A stretch of 64,000 nucleotides of DNA from an uncultured Candidatus Sumerlaeota bacterium (lineage in GTDB: Bacteria; CAYMEV01), in assembly GCA_964389675.1 (NCBI GenBank), contig CAYMEV010000005.1:1-64000 (forward strand), written 5' to 3'. Position numbers and translations under genes: made by a program. The notes under the pieces were generated by a model, which saw only the letters and a list, made by a program, of their open reading frames with translations, ran no database searches and was not told the DNA's origin. Positions 10,889 to 20,638 of the stretch are shown here, one piece after another. Positions within the stretch are counted from its first letter, which is position 1. Each line of letters begins with the position of its first letter.

Positions 10889-12076
10889 ATGAAGATACAT
10901 GTAAAAAATAATATCGACTGGGTGGGGAAGATAGACTGGGAACTTAGGAAATTCCACGGTAATGAGTATTCCACTAACAAGGGTTCCACATACAATTCAT
11001 ACCTTATAAAGGAAGAAAAGAATGTCCTCATTGACACAGTATGGAAACCGTTTTCAAAGGAGTTTGTCGATAACCTTAAAAAGGAGATCGACCTTGACAA
11101 GATAGATTATATTGTTGCAAACCATGGCGAGGTTGACCATAGCGGAGCTCTTCCTGAACTTATGAGGCATATTCCGGATACACCCATCTACTGCACTCAG
11201 AATGCAGTAAAATCACTCAAGGGGCAGTATCATCAGGACTGGAATTTTGTTACGGTTAAAACAGGGGACAAACTTGAAATAGGGAACGGCAAATCGCTTG
11301 TATTCGTTGAGATGAGGATGCTTCACTGGCCTGACAGCATGGCCTGCTATCTTACCGGCGACAATGTGCTGTTCAGCAATGATGCTTTCGGACAGCATTA
11401 TGCAAGCGAATATATGTTCAATGACCTTGTTGACCAGTGTGAGCTCTTTGAAGAATGCATTAAATACTATGCAAATATACTCGCACCATTCAGTGCTCTG
11501 GTTGATAAGAAACTGAAAGAAGTAATGGCCATGAACCTGCCGATAGAAATTATTGCTACAAGCCATGGGGTCATATGGAGAGACGATCCGGAGCAGATAA
11601 TAAAGAAGTATATTGCATGGTCAAAGAATTATCAGGAGAACCAGATAACGATCCTTTATGATACCATGTGGGATGGAACAAGGACAATGGCTGAGAAGAT
11701 CGCTGAAGGCATAAAAGCATCAGACACTGGCGTTAATATAAAATTACTGAATACCTCAAAGTATGATAAAAATGACATAATAACTGAAGTATTTAAATCA
11801 AAGGCAATATTGGCAGGTTCTCCGACAATCAACAAGGGGATATTGAGCTCCATAGCTGCAATAATGGAGGAGATCGAAGGCTTAAGGCTTAAAGATAAAA
11901 AGGCTGCGGCATTTGGATGCTATGGATGGAGCGGAGAGGCAGTCGGCAAGCTGAACGAAATGCTGAAAAAATCAGGATTTGAGCTTATAAATGAAGGCCT
12001 TAAATGCCTCTGGAACCCTGATGAAAATTCCATTAAAGAATGTATTTCATTCGGGCAGGAGATTGGCAAAGCTTAG
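10889..12076 (+). CDS. fprA: flavodiiron protein (A-type flavoprotein, NO/O2 reductase)
   Basis: GSTYNSYLI, NHGEVDHSG, LHWPD, SNDAFGQH metallo-beta-lactamase-like domain plus flavodoxin domain (YDTMWDGT, FGCYGWSG). Confidence 0.92.
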   Translation: MKIHVKNNIDWVGKIDWELRKFHGNEYSTNKGSTYNSYLIKEEKNVLIDTVWKPFSKEFVDNLKKEIDLDKIDYIVANHGEVDHSGALPELMRHIPDTPIYCTQNAVKSLKGQYHQDWNFVTVKTGDKLEIGNGKSLVFVEMRMLHWPDSMACYLTGDNVLFSNDAFGQHYASEYMFNDLVDQCELFEECIKYYANILAPFSALVDKKLKEVMAMNLPIEIIATSHGVIWRDDPEQIIKKYIAWSKNYQENQITILYDTMWDGTRTMAEKIAEGIKASDTGVNIKLLNTSKYDKNDIITEVFKSKAILAGSPTINKGILSSIAAIMEEIEGLRLKDKKAAAFGCYGWSGEAVGKLNEMLKKSGFELINEGLKCLWNPDENSIKECISFGQEIGKA

Positions 12077-12267
12077 GCTGGAATTCTGCCGGGATATTCA
12101 ATCAGCTTTCAGGTTTATGAAGCAATATCCAGGCATTTGATGAACGAGCCCTGAAAACCTTCATAAAGAATGCAGGGTATATGCTATAAGCTGAACAAAA
12201 CTGGAATAAATTCTCTTTCCATATATTGATATTATGCTATTATTAGGATTAATTGGAAGAAGGTAAA

Positions 12268-15006
12268 ATGACCGGTAATCATACACATACCCTTTTGCTT
12301 GTTGAAGATGACAAAGTGACAGCGCAGTATGAATCAGCAATCCTGTCAAAACATGATTACCTGGTTATAATCGCCTATGATGGTGAAGATGCACTTGATC
12401 TAATAAATTCAGGGGCAGATATTGACCTGATCCTCATGGATATCGGATTAGGCGGAAAAATAGACGGTGTCAGCCTTGCAGAAAAGATACTGGATATAGT
12501 CGATATACCAATTGTGTTTCTTACCGGCCTTTCTGATAAACATATAATTGAAAGGACAAAAAAGATAGCATCTTACGGTTATATCCTGAAAAATACGGAT
12601 GATAACGTACTTATTGCCTCAATTAATATGGCAATAAAGCTTTATGAAGCAAACTGCAGGATACTGAAGCAGAATGAAGAACTTGAAAAGCAGAATAAAG
12701 AAATTGCCATGGCCAATGATGAACTCAAAGCGACCAAGAAAAAATACCAGGACCTTTTTGTATCAATGCCCGACGGGCTTTGCGTATGCGAGATGGTCTA
12801 CGACAAAAAGAAGAAACCCGTTGATTACCGGATAAAAGATATAAATCCGACATTTGAAAATATGATGGGTATATCAAAAAAGGATATTTCAGGAATACTT
12901 GCATCTGAATTTTTTAATGCTGATAAGCCTGAGTACTTTGATGCCATCCTGAAGGTTATAAAAACAGGAAAATCAGTAGTATTTGAATCATATTATGAGA
13001 AGCTTGACAGGTTTTTTTCTATCTCTATCTTCTCTTTTGGAAATTCAATGTTTGCAATGGTATATCAGGATATTACCTTTAAAAAGAATGCAGATCTGGC
13101 AGTTGAAAGTGAAAAAGCCCAGATGCTCTCGATCTTTGACAGTATAAACTCTGTCATATATGTTGCTGACATGGATACATACGAGGTGCTTTTTGCAAAC
13201 AAAAATGCCAAGACACTCCTTAAAGGAGACCTTATAGGTGAAATATGCTATAAAGCCTTCCAGAACAACGACAAACCCTGCGAGTTCTGCACGAATGACA
13301 TAATCAAAAGGCTGGATTTTCAGCCATATATGTGGAATTTCAGAAATCCGGTATTAAAAAGGGAGTATCAGATAACGGACCGAATGATAAAATGGCCGGA
13401 TGGCAGAAATGTAAGGCTGGAAATTGCAGTTGACATTACCGATCTGATAGAAGCAGAAAAAGCGCTTATGCGAAGCGAGGAAAAATACAGGCTTTTCTTT
13501 GAAAGCTTTATAGGAATTGTCTACCAGGCAAAGCTTGATAGTTTTATTCCTGAGCTGTTCAATGGGGCGGTTGAGGATATTACCGGATATAGAGAAGAGG
13601 ATTTCATAAATGGGGGAATTGCATGGGACCAGCTCGTATTAAAGGATGATCTTCCAATTTTATACGAGGGAAATGAAAAACTAAGGGCAAATATCGGATA
13701 TGTAAACAATATAAACTACAGGATAGTGCGGAAGGATGGACAGGTAAGATGGGTCATGGATATAGCACGAAGTGCCGTAAATACTGATGGAAACAGGATA
13801 ATTCAGGGTTCAATCTACGATATCTCAAAACGAAAAAGAGCTGAAGAAGAAAGAGAAAGGCTCCAGAACCAGCTGTCTCAGGCCCAGAGGCTTGAATCTG
13901 TAGGCAGGCTTGCAGGAGGGCTTGCCCATGACTTTAATAATATGCTCAGTGTCATACTTGGATATTCTGAGATGATGCTCATGAAAATAAAAGAGGGCGA
14001 CGAGTTCTATGATGAAATAAAGGAAATAAAAATTACAGCAGAAAAATCAGCCGATCTTACAAAACAGCTGCTTGCATTTGCCAGCAAGCAGACAGTGGAA
14101 CCAAAAGTGATTGATATCAATGACCTGATCTCAGGCATGCTGAATATGATAAGAAGGCTTGTACAGGAGGAGATCAACCTTATATGGAAGCCTGCAAAAA
14201 ACATATGGAACATCTGGATTGACCCCTCTCAGATCGACCAGATTCTTGTGAACCTTATTGTTAATGCATGTGATGCAATAGAGGGAATTGGAGACATAAC
14301 AATTAAAACTGAAAATATTAAAGTGGATGAGAATTATGTTCAGACAACCTTTGATTCTTCACCCGGAGAATACGTCAGACTATCTGTCAGTGATACCGGA
14401 AGGGGCATGGACAATGATACGCTGAGCAAGATCTTTGAGCCCTTTTTCACGACAAAAACTGTCGGAAAGGGGACAGGACTTGGCCTTGCAACTGTATATG
14501 GAATTGTCAAGCAGAACAGAGGATTTATAAATGTATACAGTGAACATGGCAAAGGTACTATATTTAAGATCTATCTGCCAAAACTGGTAAAATTCATACC
14601 TGAAAAATCCGCCAGGGCCGAAGAGGTAAGTTTTAAGGGTGATGAAACCATTCTTGTAGTTGAAGATAAAAGCGATATTCTTGATATCATAAAAACTGTT
14701 CTGGAACATAACGGCTATACAGTCCTTGTTACTGAATCCCCTAAAGAAGCAGTCTCAATTGCAGCGGATTATCCGGGGAAAATAGACCTGATCATCACTG
14801 ATGTAGTGATGCCCGGGATGAATGGCCGTGAACTTCATGAAAAGCTTTTAAGCATCAGGAAGGAAATGAAGTGTCTTTTTATGTCAGGATATACTGCAGA
14901 TGTAATTGCAGATCATGGAGTAATTGAAGAGGGGATAAACTTCATTCAGAAACCCTTCTCACTCAGCTTCTTTATGGAAAAGATAAGAAAGATTCTTGAT
15001 AACTGA
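12268..15006 (+). CDS. hybrid sensor histidine kinase (REC-PAS x3-HisKA-HATPase-REC)
   Basis: LLLVEDD..ILMDI receiver; AHDFNN H-box; NLIVNACDA; FEPFFTTK; GKGTGLGL; C-terminal TDVVMPGMNG; ATG 12268 preferred to TTG 12253. Confidence 0.92.
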   Translation: MTGNHTHTLLLVEDDKVTAQYESAILSKHDYLVIIAYDGEDALDLINSGADIDLILMDIGLGGKIDGVSLAEKILDIVDIPIVFLTGLSDKHIIERTKKIASYGYILKNTDDNVLIASINMAIKLYEANCRILKQNEELEKQNKEIAMANDELKATKKKYQDLFVSMPDGLCVCEMVYDKKKKPVDYRIKDINPTFENMMGISKKDISGILASEFFNADKPEYFDAILKVIKTGKSVVFESYYEKLDRFFSISIFSFGNSMFAMVYQDITFKKNADLAVESEKAQMLSIFDSINSVIYVADMDTYEVLFANKNAKTLLKGDLIGEICYKAFQNNDKPCEFCTNDIIKRLDFQPYMWNFRNPVLKREYQITDRMIKWPDGRNVRLEIAVDITDLIEAEKALMRSEEKYRLFFESFIGIVYQAKLDSFIPELFNGAVEDITGYREEDFINGGIAWDQLVLKDDLPILYEGNEKLRANIGYVNNINYRIVRKDGQVRWVMDIARSAVNTDGNRIIQGSIYDISKRKRAEEERERLQNQLSQAQRLESVGRLAGGLAHDFNNMLSVILGYSEMMLMKIKEGDEFYDEIKEIKITAEKSADLTKQLLAFASKQTVEPKVIDINDLISGMLNMIRRLVQEEINLIWKPAKNIWNIWIDPSQIDQILVNLIVNACDAIEGIGDITIKTENIKVDENYVQTTFDSSPGEYVRLSVSDTGRGMDNDTLSKIFEPFFTTKTVGKGTGLGLATVYGIVKQNRGFINVYSEHGKGTIFKIYLPKLVKFIPEKSARAEEVSFKGDETILVVEDKSDILDIIKTVLEHNGYTVLVTESPKEAVSIAADYPGKIDLIITDVVMPGMNGRELHEKLLSIRKEMKCLFMSGYTADVIADHGVIEEGINFIQKPFSLSFFMEKIRKILDN

Positions 15007-15038
15007 AAAAGGTACATAAGCTTAAGAATCCAAATTTC

Positions 15039-15066
15039 TTGATGATATTTCTTTTTGCTATATAAT
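15039..15066 (+). promoter_or_regulatory. sigma70-type promoter for the trx-mla operon
   Basis: TTGATG-16 nt-TATAAT upstream of AAGGAG RBS and ATG 15106. Confidence 0.45.
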
Positions 15067-15105
15067 AATATTTCTACAAAAATCTACTACAATAAGGAGA
15101 ATTAT

Positions 15106-16119
15106 ATGAATTTTTTGCAGGAGGAACAAATTAGAGACATTAAGGATATTTTTAAAAATCTGAAAAACCCTGTTGAAATACTGTTTTTTGGACAGAAGCT
15201 TAACTGCGACTTTTGCGCTGATACTGAAAGCCTTTTAAGGCAGCTGTGCAGCATTGACGGCAGGCTACAGTTCCATTCCTACAATTTTTTAAATGATGTT
15301 GATACAGTAAAAAAATATCTGATAACCAATGTACCGGCAATTGTTATAAAATCAGCAAAGAAGGATTTCGGTATTGTTTACTACGGCGTCCCTTCCGGAT
15401 ATGAATTCTCAACCCTTATTGAAACAATAATCTTCGTATCAAGAGAAGAGAATGATCTAAGCCCGGAGACACTGGAGATGCTGAAATATGTAAAAACTCC
15501 GGTAATAATAAAGGTATTTGTTACACCCACATGCCCTCATTGCCCCAGAGCTGCAATTATGGCCTACAGATTTGCCATGGCTAATGATTATATCGGTGCC
15601 TGTACATATGAAGCTTCCGAATACCCTCAGCTTGTACAAAGGTACAATATAATGGGTGTTCCTAAAATAGTTTTTAATGAGGAGATACAGGCAGAGGGCG
15701 CTATTCCCGAATCAGCTTTTTTGGGCAATGTTCTCAAGGCTGCCGAGCAAAGCGGATCCGATATTCCTGAAGTAAAGAAAATATGCAAGGAAGATGCTGT
15801 TTGTGAGGTTTCTGACAGCAATTTTAAAGAAGAGGTCCTGGAATCAGACACTCCAGTTATTGTTGATTTTTTTGCTGACTGGTGTAATCCATGCAAGCTT
15901 CTTTCTCCCACTATTGAACAGCTGAAAAAGCTCTACAAAGGAAAAGTAAAAGTTTATAAGCTTAACACAGATCTAAATCCTGAAACATCTCAAAAATACC
16001 AGATCAGGAGCATACCATGCGTCATAATCTTTGATAAAGGGGAGGTACATGACATAATGATAGGATTACGGCCCCTGAATGATTATAAATCAACCCTTGA
16101 TAAACTGGTAAACAGCTGA
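15106..16119 (+). CDS. protein disulfide oxidoreductase (PDO/AhpF-NTD-like) fused to thioredoxin
   Basis: three CxxC motifs: CDFC, CPHC, WCNPC; GVPSGYEFSTL is PDO-like; start moved to ATG 15106 on RBS evidence. Confidence 0.88.
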   Translation: MNFLQEEQIRDIKDIFKNLKNPVEILFFGQKLNCDFCADTESLLRQLCSIDGRLQFHSYNFLNDVDTVKKYLITNVPAIVIKSAKKDFGIVYYGVPSGYEFSTLIETIIFVSREENDLSPETLEMLKYVKTPVIIKVFVTPTCPHCPRAAIMAYRFAMANDYIGACTYEASEYPQLVQRYNIMGVPKIVFNEEIQAEGAIPESAFLGNVLKAAEQSGSDIPEVKKICKEDAVCEVSDSNFKEEVLESDTPVIVDFFADWCNPCKLLSPTIEQLKKLYKGKVKVYKLNTDLNPETSQKYQIRSIPCVIIFDKGEVHDIMIGLRPLNDYKSTLDKLVNS

Positions 16120-16160
16120 TTTCAGAATAATTACAGCCATAGGGGGAATTTAGCCTTGAC

Positions 16161-16907
16161 ATGATTGATGTATTAAAGAAAAGACTGGTAAGCATAGGCG
16201 AATTTTCATTCTTCGGCTTTGATCTCTTAAAAAACCTGATAGCTTTTCCCCTGTATTTTGGAGAAATAATAAAACAGATATACTTCATCGGAACAAGGTC
16301 AATATATCTTGTTTCACTGTCAGGATTGTCCATAGGAATAGTACTCTCTCTCCAGACCATTTATATATTAAAAAGATTCGGAGCCGTTGAATATGTAGCT
16401 GTTGTTGTAGGTTTATCCATTGTCAAGGAGCTTGGCCCTGTTATAACAGCACTTATGGTTGCAGGAAGGGCCGGGAGCGGAGTTTGTGCTGAAATTGGCT
16501 CCATGAAGGTAACCAAACAGATTGATGCGATGAGAATCATGAATATAAATCCAAAGAAATTTCTCTTGAGAAGCCGGATCTATGCATTTCTTATAAGCAA
16601 TCCTATACTTACGTTTTTCAGCATTGTAATCGGAATTGCAGGCGGAATGTTTATAGCTGTGTCCTTCGGTGATATTTCAATAAGCAAATATCTTATAACA
16701 ACTAAGGACAGCATAAAGCTGATAAATATAGTTGAAGCACTTGTGAAATCCTTTGTTTTTGCTTCACTTATAGGCCTGGTAAGTACTTATCTTGGATTCA
16801 ATATAAAGGGCGGTACAAGGGAGGTTGGTATTAAAACAACGGATACAGTTGTGGCCTCATCGCTCCTGATCTTTTTGTTTGATATAATAATTACCAGGTT
16901 TTTTTGA
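16161..16907 (+). CDS. mlaE: MlaE-family ABC permease
   Basis: KELGPVITALMVAGRAGS..AEIGSMKVTKQIDAM. Confidence 0.92.
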   Translation: MIDVLKKRLVSIGEFSFFGFDLLKNLIAFPLYFGEIIKQIYFIGTRSIYLVSLSGLSIGIVLSLQTIYILKRFGAVEYVAVVVGLSIVKELGPVITALMVAGRAGSGVCAEIGSMKVTKQIDAMRIMNINPKKFLLRSRIYAFLISNPILTFFSIVIGIAGGMFIAVSFGDISISKYLITTKDSIKLINIVEALVKSFVFASLIGLVSTYLGFNIKGGTREVGIKTTDTVVASSLLIFLFDIIITRFF

Positions 16908-16908
16908 T

Positions 16909-17628
16909 ATGATTGTATATGAAAATGTACATAAAAGCTTTGGAGAAGCAGAAATTTTAAAGGGAATCGATCTTTGCATTGAAAAAGGAGATACAGTTGT
17001 TATCCTTGGTGGGTCAGGGACAGGTAAATCAGTTCTCACATCCATGCTTGTAGGCCTTCTTCTTCCGGATTCAGGCAGAATCGCTATTGACAATGTCGAC
17101 CTGCCCAGTAATCAGGATGATGAAAGATGGAAGGAGATATGGCAGAAGGTGGGCTATCTGTTTCAGGGTGGAGCATTGTTTGATTCATATACAGTTTTTG
17201 AAAATATTGCTTTTCCCTTAATGTATGGTTATAAATTAACTAAAAGGGAGATTGAGCAAAAGGTCATGAAACTGCTTTCTCTTCTTAATATACAAAAGGC
17301 AAAGGACAAATACCCCTCTGAGCTGTCCGGAGGAATGCAGAAGAGGGTTTCTCTTGCAAGGTCTGTTGCCACTGACCCTGAAATTATAATTTATGATGAG
17401 CCTACCACAGGACTGGACCCTGTAACATCTGATATAGTCGGGAACCTGATTATTGACATTAAAAAGGAGTTCAATGCAACATCCATTGTAGTCAGTCATG
17501 ACATAAGGCTTACCAGGCTCATTGCAGATAAAATACTATTCCTGAATAATGGCAGGATTGAATTCAGCGGCGGCTTATCAGATCTTGAATCTGCTCCCCG
17601 TGCACTTAAAGAATTTTTTGAAATATGA
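16909..17628 (+). CDS. mlaF: MlaF-family ABC ATPase
   Basis: GGSGTGKS, LFQGGALFDS, LSGGMQKR, YDEPTTGLDP. Confidence 0.92.
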   Translation: MIVYENVHKSFGEAEILKGIDLCIEKGDTVVILGGSGTGKSVLTSMLVGLLLPDSGRIAIDNVDLPSNQDDERWKEIWQKVGYLFQGGALFDSYTVFENIAFPLMYGYKLTKREIEQKVMKLLSLLNIQKAKDKYPSELSGGMQKRVSLARSVATDPEIIIYDEPTTGLDPVTSDIVGNLIIDIKKEFNATSIVVSHDIRLTRLIADKILFLNNGRIEFSGGLSDLESAPRALKEFFEI

Positions 17629-17643
17629 ATTGAGGTATAAAAA

Positions 17644-18570
17644 ATGAAAGAAAGGTATTATTTTCTTGCTGGAATGTTTGTTGCTGCAGGTACTGCAATA
17701 ATACTGATTCTCCTGTTCGTTTTTTCCAGAGAATTATCAGTTTTCAATCCAAGTTCTACAATTTACTGCAAATACAAAAATGTATCCGGATTAAAAGCAG
17801 GAGCATCAGTAAACCTGTCAGGATACCTGATTGGAAATGTGAATTCCATAAACTTTCAGGAGAATGGAGAAATGCTGGTTCAGCTTGATATTCTTAATGA
17901 ATATATAATGTACATATCTGATGATTCAGTGGCAACAATAGGATCAACAGGCCTTTTGGGAGACAAAGCCCTCTATATTGCAAAGGGCAGTTCCGGAACT
18001 GCTGTCAGGGAAGGTATGACATTAAAAACAAAAGAACCTTTTGAACTTGGTTCAGCACTGGAGGATACGGCAGGCATTATTTCCCAGCTTAAGCTCGTAT
18101 TGACGGATGCTCAATCAATTACAGCGAAGCTTTCGAATGAGTATGACAGCCTTGTCGGTAGTGCAGAAGCACTTACAAGGATATTCGAGCATATTGAAAA
18201 GGGCGAGGGCAATCTCGGTATGCTTATAAATGATAACAACCTGTATTCAGACCTTTCATCATCAGTAGAAAAGATTAATCAGACAGCGGAAAACATGGTT
18301 ACATTTTCCAGTAATATAAACAGTACTTTCAGCGATCTTGAGAGCGATTTTGAAGAGTTCAAGGTTTTCATGGACAATCTTAAACTATCATCCAATAACC
18401 TGTATATAGGCCTGAAGATGTTTCCTGAGATAATGACAGACCTGTCAGATATAATTGAGGCTGCAAAGTTCACTTTCCAGGGCCTCCAGAAAAATCCGCT
18501 TATTGGTCCCTTCATAAGGGTAACAAGCAAGACGGTGGAGAATCCTAATTTTGAGATACTGGGGGAATAG
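17644..18570 (+). CDS. mlaD: MCE/MlaD-family protein with long helical C-terminus
   Basis: N-terminal TM, VSGLKAGASVNLSGYLIGNV, GLLGDKAL. Confidence 0.88.
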   Translation: MKERYYFLAGMFVAAGTAIILILLFVFSRELSVFNPSSTIYCKYKNVSGLKAGASVNLSGYLIGNVNSINFQENGEMLVQLDILNEYIMYISDDSVATIGSTGLLGDKALYIAKGSSGTAVREGMTLKTKEPFELGSALEDTAGIISQLKLVLTDAQSITAKLSNEYDSLVGSAEALTRIFEHIEKGEGNLGMLINDNNLYSDLSSSVEKINQTAENMVTFSSNINSTFSDLESDFEEFKVFMDNLKLSSNNLYIGLKMFPEIMTDLSDIIEAAKFTFQGLQKNPLIGPFIRVTSKTVENPNFEILGE

Positions 18571-18574
18571 TCAG

Positions 18575-19582
18575 ATGTCATCAGAAACAAAAAAAATAAT
18601 GCAGATATTAAGCATAGTGATGGTAACAGGCTTTTTTATGGCTTTCATTTCATGTTCAATCTCCTCTCAGAAAATCAGCAATGAAAAAAGGATATCCATA
18701 GAATACCTGAACAGTGCTGCGGAGTTCCTGCAGAAAGGTCAGACAGATGAAGCCGTTCTTCTTATTGAAAGCAATTTCAAGTATATAATACAGACAGATG
18801 ATTTTAATATCAATACAAGGTATATTGCAACCCTGATAAAGGTCTTAAATCTTTACGGAATGCATGAGAAGACATTGCCGTTCATTTCACGGTTTCTTAA
18901 ATCAAAGGATTTTATGAATTCAGATGCAGGCAATAAAAGGATATTAAATTTTTTATATGTAGAGACCCTGATAAAAAATGGTGCATTTGATTCAGCAAAA
19001 ACAAGCATTCATGAGCTTTTAAATGATAAGGGATATCATTCTAAATACCTGCATATAATATATGCTTATTTTTTTATGCTTTACAGGGCACAAAAAGCAG
19101 ATTTTACGGATAGTAACCTTATAAACACACTGCTTGAGCAGAAGTCTGATGAATTTTCAAAGATGGTATTTATTAAGAATCTTGCTTTGTATTATTTTGA
19201 CCGGAAAGAGTATTCCAGGGCTATTTCACTGTTTCTGCAATATAATGAATTTGTCAGGAATGCAGGATATATTAATGAGATTGCCTCCTCCTACCTTTAT
19301 CTGGGAAGGCTTTATCTGCAGTCTGAGAAATACAGTACATCCTCCTATTGCTTTAACAAGGCCTATTATATATATTATTCCCTTGATGATTATATAAACT
19401 CATATATGTTGCTGGAAGAGCTTGCAGAGCTTTATGATATACATGGTATGGATAGTATGAAACCGGAAATCGATAAAAGGATGAAAACAATACAACCAGC
19501 TTTTGAACAGGATCAGAAGAACAGGGAAAGAAGCATATCAATCCTTCTGAACCTGCTTATGAAATTTGACTATATGGATTAA
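18575..19582 (+). CDS. TPR-like lipoprotein
   Basis: hydrophobic stretch ending AFISC; TPR-like helices (NLALYYFDRKEYSRAISLF, LYLGRLYLQSEKY); ATG 18575. Confidence 0.7.
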   Translation: MSSETKKIMQILSIVMVTGFFMAFISCSISSQKISNEKRISIEYLNSAAEFLQKGQTDEAVLLIESNFKYIIQTDDFNINTRYIATLIKVLNLYGMHEKTLPFISRFLKSKDFMNSDAGNKRILNFLYVETLIKNGAFDSAKTSIHELLNDKGYHSKYLHIIYAYFFMLYRAQKADFTDSNLINTLLEQKSDEFSKMVFIKNLALYYFDRKEYSRAISLFLQYNEFVRNAGYINEIASSYLYLGRLYLQSEKYSTSSYCFNKAYYIYYSLDDYINSYMLLEELAELYDIHGMDSMKPEIDKRMKTIQPAFEQDQKNRERSISILLNLLMKFDYMD

Positions 19583-20441
19583 AGTATTGATATACAGCTT
19601 AAAAAAAAGGAGCATTCTTGCAGTTCTAATCCTTCTTTCTGCTGCAGGGCAAGCTTATTCACTCAATTATCCATGGCTGGAAAACTATGATATCAGAGAT
19701 TCACTCTTCATGGCTATAAAAACACCTCAGGGCTTTGAGAGGGCGCCAGCAGACCCTTCATCTTTTGGATCCTGGCTCAGGAATCTCCCTGTGAAAAAGG
19801 ATATAGCGACAGTATACCTGTATAATGGTAAGCCTAAGCGAAACCAGGATGCTCATCATCTCATATTTGACATAGACACAGGGAAAAAGAATCTGCAGCA
19901 GTGCGCTGATGCGGTGATAAGGCTTATTTCCGAATATCTTTATTCAGTTAAGGCATATGAAAAGATCTCTTTCAAATTTACAAGCGGCCACACTGCTGAA
20001 TATCTGAAATGGAGACAGGGCTATAGGCCTGTAGTAAACGGTTCCAGGGTAAAATGGGAAAAAAATGCCAGTGAGGATGAAAGCTATGGATCTTTTCGGA
20101 AATACCTTGATACCCTTTTTATCTATGCGGGATCCTATTCACTTCAGAAGGAGCTTGAACAGGTGGCAGAGATAAAAAATATGCAGCCGGGAGACATATT
20201 TATCCAGGGTGGCTTCCCGGGGCATGCTGTAATTGTCCTTGATATGGCTGAAAATGCCCAGACAGGGAAAAAGCTGTTCCTTCTGGCACAGAGTTATATG
20301 CCGGCACAGGATATCCACCTGCTTAAAAACCCTTCCAGAAGCGACATATCACCATGGTATGATCTTGATTTCGGTGAAAATCTTGTAACCCCTGAGTGGA
20401 CATTTTCAAAGGAGTCCTTGAGAAGGTTCATATTTGAATAA
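19566..20441 (+). CDS. DUF4846-like exported protein
   Basis: LQQCADAVIRL, PGDIFIQGGFPGHAVIV, LAQSYMPAQDIH; start uncertain. Confidence 0.8.
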   Translation: MTIWIKVLIYSLKKRSILAVLILLSAAGQAYSLNYPWLENYDIRDSLFMAIKTPQGFERAPADPSSFGSWLRNLPVKKDIATVYLYNGKPKRNQDAHHLIFDIDTGKKNLQQCADAVIRLISEYLYSVKAYEKISFKFTSGHTAEYLKWRQGYRPVVNGSRVKWEKNASEDESYGSFRKYLDTLFIYAGSYSLQKELEQVAEIKNMQPGDIFIQGGFPGHAVIVLDMAENAQTGKKLFLLAQSYMPAQDIHLLKNPSRSDISPWYDLDFGENLVTPEWTFSKESLRRFIFE

Positions 20442-20638
20442 ATCTCTTGAGTGAAAATACTGCAAAACATTAATCCATTATCAGCAATTCCTGTAATTAT
20501 ATAAATTTCCAAGCTTTATCATTTGCTTTTTCCAGATAGTACAATGTTAAAATTATTAATTTTCCAGTTCAATATAGTATATTTTAATAATAAGGTGTAT
20601 AATTGTTTTATAAGATACAAACATAGGGGGGAAGTAAA

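Noticed and set aside
42-12105. Exact 15-mer GGGATATTCAATCAG at 42-56 and 12091-12105 (partial TGCCGGGATATT near 22613)
   Set aside because: Flanks do not align, and 15-mer matches can occur by chance in 64 kb of AT-rich DNA; not enough to call a repeat family.
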